A program made the position numbers and the translations under genes. A stretch of DNA of 20,962 nucleotides, from positions 1 through 20,962 of the forward strand of contig SUPR01000065.1 of NCBI GenBank assembly GCA_005191425.1, read 5' to 3'. This document shows positions 15,091 through 20,962 of this stretch, piece by piece (the first letter of the stretch is position 1; each line of letters starts with the position of its first letter). Below the pieces are notes generated by a model, which did not search any database, was not told the DNA's origin, and saw only the letters and a list, made by a program, of their open reading frames with translations. This DNA comes from Candidatus Helarchaeota ASGARD archaeon Hel_GB_B. GTDB lineage: Archaea > Asgardarchaeota > Lokiarchaeia > Helarchaeales > HEL-GB-B.

Positions 15091-18000
15091 TTATTCAAAA
15101 TCAAGTTTATTGGGGTCATCTATTGTAACTGGATGACTATATCCGCATTTAGGACAGATATATTCAGTTTCTTTCATTGTTGCACCACAATTTGGACAAT
15201 AATAAGCTATACTTGAACGCTGTTTTTTACTTCTTTTAATAATAAATCGATATACAAGATATGTAGAAATTCCACAAATGCCAATTAGTCCAAATATCAT
15301 AATAACTGTAAAATAAATTGGAGAACCAATTGAAACTTGAGCATAAGTATAACTATTATCATCAAATTCGCCATCTGAATCTAATAATAAAATGATGATA
15401 ATACAAGATTTTGGAAAAGAATAGGTCTCGTCCAAAATTTGTGATATTCCATTATATGGGAGAGAGATTTTCGCTTTAAAAGAACTTCCGTCAAATGGAA
15501 TTTCTGTACTCCATAATGGCTCATATAGATAAGCATAAAAGCCAATTGTAAAATAACTAAAAATTATTACATATGCATGCATATCTGAGAGATTACTTTC
15601 AGAGTCAGACCCAGAAATTTCTATATTAAAGCCTACGCCATAGAAAATAGGAGTTGGAAGAGAGTTTTGTAATATATTAAAAGAAATTCCATTCAATTTT
15701 GAACTAACTTTACTGATATGAGGGTATTTATCATTAATATAAAAATGAAGAATTTTGTGTAAACAAGCAGAATTACCCTCAGAATCAATTATTTCAAAGA
15801 AAACATCATAGCTCCCAGCGGGAAAAGAATTGTCTGGAAAAATTATTAGAGAATAATTAGTTTCAATGGCATTTTTTGTAGTCAGATTGTTCATCTTTAA
15901 ATTAAGATATTTTATATTATTTCTATAAGTATCTATTGAATTAATATACACATTAACACTAGTAGTATTAAGGTTTAAATTGGTATTTTGAATTGTTAAA
16001 TTAATAACTATTCTATCAACATCTCGATAAACATCATTATTAATTTCATCACTATAATCTTGTGAAGTTTCCCACCTTGAAGTTTTCAGACTATAATGAA
16101 CTATTTTTGGTATTGATTGAGTAGTATTAAAATAAGATATACCTACACCATTACCAAATGATAAATTTTCAACTGTAACATTTAATTTGAAATACCCAAT
16201 TAGATTTGTGCTGAAATTTAAGGTATATGCGCCATTACCAATATTATTAATATTTGTTAAATTAGATGTAAAAATAGTATCCCAATGGGTAGAGTTATAG
16301 TAGAAGATATGACAACTTAAGTTCTTACCAGGTATTAAATTATTAACCACCTTATTTGAGTTTGGGTCAGATATATAGAAACTAATTTGTGTGGAATTAT
16401 TTGTATTCAATTCTAATATAGACTTATTTACAATTGATTCAACTCGTAATTCTCTTGAATTCGACTTCTGAGACCCATTTAATAACCATTTAATTGTTTG
16501 TAATGCCAATTTTTGGTTATTTTTTTTACTGATCAAATCATCATAAAAAAGTCGTTCCTCACCAAAACAAAGAATTTTATGATAATTTGATTGATTATAA
16601 GCTGCTATAACAGGTTTTGTAGTGTATTGCGCAATAGTATAAGCCTTGGAACTGTTCACTTCCAAGCCGACTCCAGTTAACCAAGTAAAATTTGAGATAC
16701 CTTTTGTAATTGGGTGAGTTATAATATTTTTGATATACATATATTTGTAATATTTTAGCATTCCCATGTCATAAGACATCTCAATATTATTTTTTGTATA
16801 ATTTATTCCCACATTTAAATTGATTAATAAATTATTTAATGATTCGATTGCTGTGGAAGGATAATAATTACCTAAAATCAATATATTTCCACCATTATCC
16901 CAAAATTTTTTAATTGCAAATATTTCATTGTCTGTGAGTGGATTTTCAATATCTGGTAAAATTAGCAGGTCATATTGACTTAAGGAAGGATAATTAATAA
17001 GTGAACTTTTAAAATCAAGGTCAATTTGGTTATTTAATAATAATTTTGTGAAATTATAATAATTTTCTAATGCGGTATCGCCATAATCAGAATTATGATA
17101 ACAATCAAAATATATTCGACCTTTAGGGATTCTGATATTAAAACTTAAATTTACTTGATCTACAATTTCATTTGTATCATTATTTTTAATTAATATTAAA
17201 CCATTATATACACCGGGTTGAATTACAATCGGAAAATTAAAATCGATTTTTATATCGGTAAATTGTGAACTTGTGGACATTATATATAAGAAACTATTAT
17301 TTTTTGAAATTTCATTTGATGTATAAGGAATCAAAGATACAAATTCTGAGATATTTCCAATACATCTTACTGAATAATTGGCCTTTATACTTGAGAGAAA
17401 TATAATATTATCAGAGTAATGATCGCCTGGAAACATTGAATAATCAAATGGTGGTATAGGCAGATTTTTTGGAAGTACTGTAGTTATATTAAAATTTGGA
17501 GCAGAATGAAGTAATATTTGATAACTTTTATTTAGATTGATCCTACCAGCCCCTTCAATATTAGGAGTATAACCCAAATTATCAGCTCCTTTCATCAATG
17601 CGATTCGAACAGTATATGGGTTCAAACTTGGAAAAGCTTCTAGCAAAAGAGCTACAGCACCTGCCACCATAGGGCAGGACATACTTGTTCCACTCAACAC
17701 CATATAATTGTTTGAATTACGTCCATATACGTATTCACCCTGTAATTGCATAATTTTACCCAGTAAAGAGTCTTTTGCAGCTGCTGAAAGGATATTTTTA
17801 CCGGGAGCGACTACATCTGGGTCTACATATCCTTCTGAAGTAGGGCCTCGACTGCTAAAATCAGTAATTCTGTCTTCTTTATCCGAAGCGCCAACTGTTA
17901 TTATCAAACGAGCAGATGCAGGAGAACCAACGGTAGAATAAAATGGACCACTATTCCCAGATGAAGCTACAATAACTATCCCTTTTTTAGTTGCATTATC

Positions 18001-18864
18001 AACAGCTCTACAAATAGGGTGATCAGGGTCGGATGTACTAAATCCCAAACTCATACTTATAATTGAAGCTTTATTATTAATACTCCATTCTATTGCAGCA
18101 AGAATGCCAGAGAGATATCCAACACCTTGTTTATCAAGACATTTAGCATTTAATAATTTTGCATCAGGTGCAATTCCAGTTATGTTATAACTTGGAGGAG
18201 ATGAAACACCTGTTCCCGTGGCAATCCCCGCACAATGAGTACCATGACCATCATAATCATTTGCGTCCTCAACTTCATCAGCATCAAATCCATAAGCAGT
18301 TGTAACAAAGGATACTTGCGCAAGCATCTTTCCTTTAAGATCACTATGAGAGAAATCAATTCCAGTATCGAGTATGGATATATTTACACCTTTCCCAGTA
18401 TAAGGAATTGCTCTAGCTTTAATAGTATCAGCACATTGTTCTAATTGAAAAATATCTTGATATGAAATTGATTTTTCTACTTTAGACAAGTTGATTGAAA
18501 ATTTCTCATTTTTATAAATACCTACAACGAAGCTTAATTTTGCAATTTTAAGTATATCTTGTTTATTTACATTACAGAAAATTGCAGAAATATAATTAAA
18601 TAAAATAATAGGAGTTTTTTGACCACAAATTTGTATAATATCCTCCTTAGCTTTATTTAAATCGGTATTTTTCTTAAAATTAATAATTATAGGGTTATTA
18701 GAATTGAATAATGAAAATTTATTAAATTTAATTTTTTGATTAATTAAGATGTTTTCATCTATAGATGATCGTAATTGATGATAATTAATAAATTGGATTA
18801 AAAAACTAATACATATCAGAAAACAAATTAAACTTGCAAAAAATATCGATTTTTTATTGCGCAT
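15091..18864 (-). CDS. Type-I membrane-anchored S8 subtilase with a GATase-like (GIFT/S1P-type) domain, Ig-like region, TM helix and cytosolic zinc ribbon
   Basis: N-terminal signal/anchor; I9-like propeptide; intact triad D166 (ILDTG), H207 (GHGTHCAG), S394 (GTSMSCP) and oxyanion N304 (SSGNSG); later domain IYFDCYHN..SQYDLLILPD..EI..DNGGNILILG..HPIT; many N-x-S/T sequons; TM IYFTVIMIFGLIGICGISTYLV followed by KRSKKQR; YCPNCG-x9-CPKCG. Confidence 0.9.
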   Translation of the reverse strand: MRNKKSIFFASLICFLICISFLIQFINYHQLRSSIDENILINQKIKFNKFSLFNSNNPIIINFKKNTDLNKAKEDIIQICGQKTPIILFNYISAIFCNVNKQDILKIAKLSFVVGIYKNEKFSINLSKVEKSISYQDIFQLEQCADTIKARAIPYTGKGVNISILDTGIDFSHSDLKGKMLAQVSFVTTAYGFDADEVEDANDYDGHGTHCAGIATGTGVSSPPSYNITGIAPDAKLLNAKCLDKQGVGYLSGILAAIEWSINNKASIISMSLGFSTSDPDHPICRAVDNATKKGIVIVASSGNSGPFYSTVGSPASARLIITVGASDKEDRITDFSSRGPTSEGYVDPDVVAPGKNILSAAAKDSLLGKIMQLQGEYVYGRNSNNYMVLSGTSMSCPMVAGAVALLLEAFPSLNPYTVRIALMKGADNLGYTPNIEGAGRINLNKSYQILLHSAPNFNITTVLPKNLPIPPFDYSMFPGDHYSDNIIFLSSIKANYSVRCIGNISEFVSLIPYTSNEISKNNSFLYIMSTSSQFTDIKIDFNFPIVIQPGVYNGLILIKNNDTNEIVDQVNLSFNIRIPKGRIYFDCYHNSDYGDTALENYYNFTKLLLNNQIDLDFKSSLINYPSLSQYDLLILPDIENPLTDNEIFAIKKFWDNGGNILILGNYYPSTAIESLNNLLINLNVGINYTKNNIEMSYDMGMLKYYKYMYIKNIITHPITKGISNFTWLTGVGLEVNSSKAYTIAQYTTKPVIAAYNQSNYHKILCFGEERLFYDDLISKKNNQKLALQTIKWLLNGSQKSNSRELRVESIVNKSILELNTNNSTQISFYISDPNSNKVVNNLIPGKNLSCHIFYYNSTHWDTIFTSNLTNINNIGNGAYTLNFSTNLIGYFKLNVTVENLSFGNGVGISYFNTTQSIPKIVHYSLKTSRWETSQDYSDEINNDVYRDVDRIVINLTIQNTNLNLNTTSVNVYINSIDTYRNNIKYLNLKMNNLTTKNAIETNYSLIIFPDNSFPAGSYDVFFEIIDSEGNSACLHKILHFYINDKYPHISKVSSKLNGISFNILQNSLPTPIFYGVGFNIEISGSDSESNLSDMHAYVIIFSYFTIGFYAYLYEPLWSTEIPFDGSSFKAKISLPYNGISQILDETYSFPKSCIIIILLLDSDGEFDDNSYTYAQVSIGSPIYFTVIMIFGLIGICGISTYLVYRFIIKRSKKQRSSIAYYCPNCGATMKETEYICPKCGYSHPVTIDDPNKLDFE

Positions 18865-18941
18865 TTTCTTAATTCCTTTAATTTTTAAAATAAAAATTAT
18901 ATAAAAAAATAATTGAATTTTAAATTATTAACCTTTTGTAA

Positions 18942-18959
18942 AAAATTTGTACAAATTTT
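18942..18959. promoter_or_regulatory. Perfect 18-bp palindrome AAAATTTGTACAAATTTT upstream of the subtilase gene
   Basis: The palindrome is directly visible. An operator role is only inferred, and such AT-rich palindromes can arise by chance. Confidence 0.3.
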
Positions 18960-18972
18960 GTTGTATAGAATA

Positions 18973-20961
18973 TCACTTCAAAGCAGTTAAAATTTTTGGG
19001 TTAATTCCTGGTAAGGTCGCAAGATATTCTTTACGTTCTTGCTTTAACTCTTTGATTAACGTTTCAATTTGTTTCTCAGTATAATATTTTTTGGGGTCAT
19101 ATTTAGACATGTCCACACCATTAACATATTCTGGGATAAGAGTCCCAAAATAATGTTCAGGTACCCATTTAATACTATTTCTTGCAATTCCTCTGATTAT
19201 ATTAGCCATTTCGTCTATGGGTATTCGTTCTACAGGTCTTTTTATTATATTCCGACCATGTTCATCTTTTTCTCTAATTTCTCCGATTCCACCAGTATTA
19301 ATTTGATAGCATTGTACCTTATTAGGGGGCAAATTCCGGATCATATTATAAAATATATTTACTTCTTCTGCTTTATCTCCAACAATGAATGGATTAGTAC
19401 CAACTATTCTAATAGACTCTCCGGCTCTTCTAGGGTCGCTCCCGCTCGTATGAATGGATTCTCCGAGTGCAAAAGCTAAAGCAGCTTGTTCAAGAGTTAA
19501 TTTTGAAGCTATCGGTATAATAGTATTACGTCGTGTAATTAATAGAATAATTAATCCGTCCAATTCGGATACTGGAGGCAAGTTAACTGTATCATGAATT
19601 GCATCACCAAAATCAGTTCTTTGCATTATTCCACGTCCATTTCCCGTCAATGTTTCATCAAAGAAATAAACATCTCCCTTATAGTCCACCATTATGTTCT
19701 CGAATATAGTGGTCGGTTTTGTAACAACGCTATAGATTAATTTTTGAATTTCTGGAGATATACCTTCAGTTTTTAAGAAAAATCCGCGCTCAGTTCCAAT
19801 AATAGAGCCATCTTTTCTAATTGCAACAAAATCATCTTGTACAATTTCAATCCCTTCTCCAGGTAGGTCTAAGTTGTGGGTATGACATGAATGTGTTGTT
19901 TTTCCAGTTGCAGTAAGGCCAAAAATTAAAGTGCTGTATTTTTTAATTTTACCAGTTTTTGAGTCTCGCGCTTTAATTAATTTAGCTCCAGCGTGTAAAC
20001 CGAGCATCCCTTGTTGTTTCGCGCACCACATAGCCATTCTTAGAAAGCCTTTTTTAACTTCACCGTAATAATCACTACCTAAAATAAATGTAAGACCAAT
20101 TTCTGGAAAGACCAATATTTGACGGTCCATTTCTTGCCATTCAGGAATGTCAACTATATATAAATCAGGTCCATTTGCTTTAACGTCTTCAGGTCTAAAC
20201 AAGGATTTATCAAACATATAGGATAAATGTACCATTTCTTTTCTGTGAATTGAACAGAAAAAAGTACATTTAGGCGTAAAAAATTCATTATTACCCATTA
20301 TTCTATCAGTAACTACAAAGGCTCCTTTTTCTAAATACTTTAATACATCGTTAATTGTTTTAGGTAGTCTTAAAAATAACTCCTTTTGTACTTTAGTTAA
20401 ATTTTTTGCCCTGACCTTTTCGCTTCCAATAACAATAGTTAAATTAGCACTTCTATTCTTAACAGTAGATACAAAATTATAACTACCCCATTTAGTTTTT
20501 GTGCCATAAACTTTTGCCATACGTTCAAGTTCTTCTGGAGATGGATTTGAAACATTATTTTGGTTTCTTAAATTTTTAACCCTTGATAGAATTTCATCAT
20601 AATTAATTTCGTCTATAATATTTTTTATGTCCATATCTATCGGAGATTCTTTAATATCTTCTCTGAAAAATGCAAGATATTCCTTTGTTTCAATCAATAA
20701 TTGAATCCAACGTTGTATTTCGAATATTGAATGGGCGGTATTTACTTTATAAGTAGCTGCATATTGACAAATTGTACTAAAGAATTTTGTCCTCATATTA
20801 ATTCTTTCTTCACTTAAGACGAGAGTATGAGGATTGAAAAAAGGAGATTTTGCTGATTTTAACATCTCTAATGCTTTTTCTGAATCAATCCTTGCACCAA
20901 TGGTTTCATCATCTGGGTCATTATATAATAATAAAATTACTTTTATTCGAGTTGTATCAAT
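18973..20961 (-). CDS. Divergent ATP-type phosphoenolpyruvate carboxykinase-like protein with an extra N-terminal domain; 5' end beyond the window
   Basis: PEPCK motifs YYGEVKKG, GLHAG, P-loop GLTATGKTT, QDD, FENI, TGNGRG, NPF, INTG. The frame stays open for 32 codons upstream of the track's ATG at 20865, up to the window edge (IDTTRIKVILLLYNDPDDETIGARIDSEKALE-M), so the gene is partial. Confidence 0.8.
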   Translation of the reverse strand: MDTTRIKVILLLYNDPDDETIGARIDSEKALEMLKSAKSPFFNPHTLVLSEERINMRTKFFSTICQYAATYKVNTAHSIFEIQRWIQLLIETKEYLAFFREDIKESPIDMDIKNIIDEINYDEILSRVKNLRNQNNVSNPSPEELERMAKVYGTKTKWGSYNFVSTVKNRSANLTIVIGSEKVRAKNLTKVQKELFLRLPKTINDVLKYLEKGAFVVTDRIMGNNEFFTPKCTFFCSIHRKEMVHLSYMFDKSLFRPEDVKANGPDLYIVDIPEWQEMDRQILVFPEIGLTFILGSDYYGEVKKGFLRMAMWCAKQQGMLGLHAGAKLIKARDSKTGKIKKYSTLIFGLTATGKTTHSCHTHNLDLPGEGIEIVQDDFVAIRKDGSIIGTERGFFLKTEGISPEIQKLIYSVVTKPTTIFENIMVDYKGDVYFFDETLTGNGRGIMQRTDFGDAIHDTVNLPPVSELDGLIILLITRRNTIIPIASKLTLEQAALAFALGESIHTSGSDPRRAGESIRIVGTNPFIVGDKAEEVNIFYNMIRNLPPNKVQCYQINTGGIGEIREKDEHGRNIIKRPVERIPIDEMANIIRGIARNSIKWVPEHYFGTLIPEYVNGVDMSKYDPKKYYTEKQIETLIKELKQERKEYLATLPGINPKILTALK

Positions 20962-20962
20962 G

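Noticed and set aside
17708-18444. Two plus-strand ORFs (77 aa and 69 aa)
   Set aside because: Antisense to the S8 catalytic domain.
19069-19479. 136-aa plus-strand ORF
   Set aside because: Antisense shadow of the PEPCK C-terminal domain.
1-20962. CRISPR array, tRNA/rRNA genes, proviral genes
   Set aside because: No regularly spaced repeats, no GC-rich cloverleaf-like segments, and no viral hallmark motifs were seen.

Overview
This is a very AT-rich archaeal chromosomal segment. Archaeal-type aIF-1A, Elp3, an SmAP2-like Sm protein, a COG1340-like coiled-coil protein and an archaeal-type PflX support an archaeal origin. An Asgard (Loki/Hel-like) origin is an inference from several eukaryote-leaning proteins and zinc-ribbon-tailed membrane proteins. 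Gene order: partial Mrr-like nuclease, 4-TM zinc-ribbon protein, FGase-like Zn hydrolase plus DMT transporter, radical SAM plus HAD phosphatase (minus), aIF-1A, Lrp regulator, elp3 plus coiled-coil/HhH gene (minus), an intact 1371-bp IS (23-bp TIRs, 9-bp TSD), a helical-repeat protein, thiC, an Sm protein, a PflX-like radical SAM enzyme, a 1257-aa membrane-anchored subtilase, and a PEPCK-like gene running off the window edge. Most notable: (1) the subtilase appears to have the domain architecture of eukaryotic Site-1 protease plus a cytosolic zinc ribbon; (2) the PEPCK is fused in frame behind a second PEPCK/HPrK-like kinase domain that the ORF track missed; (3) Elp3 has two multi-nucleotide substitutions in conserved acetyltransferase motifs and is probably co-transcribed with a Bfr1/PPI-like coiled coil fused to an HhH domain. 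No tRNA, rRNA, CRISPR array or riboswitch was seen. All family calls come from motif recognition by eye, and reference sequences are quoted from memory, so they need database confirmation.
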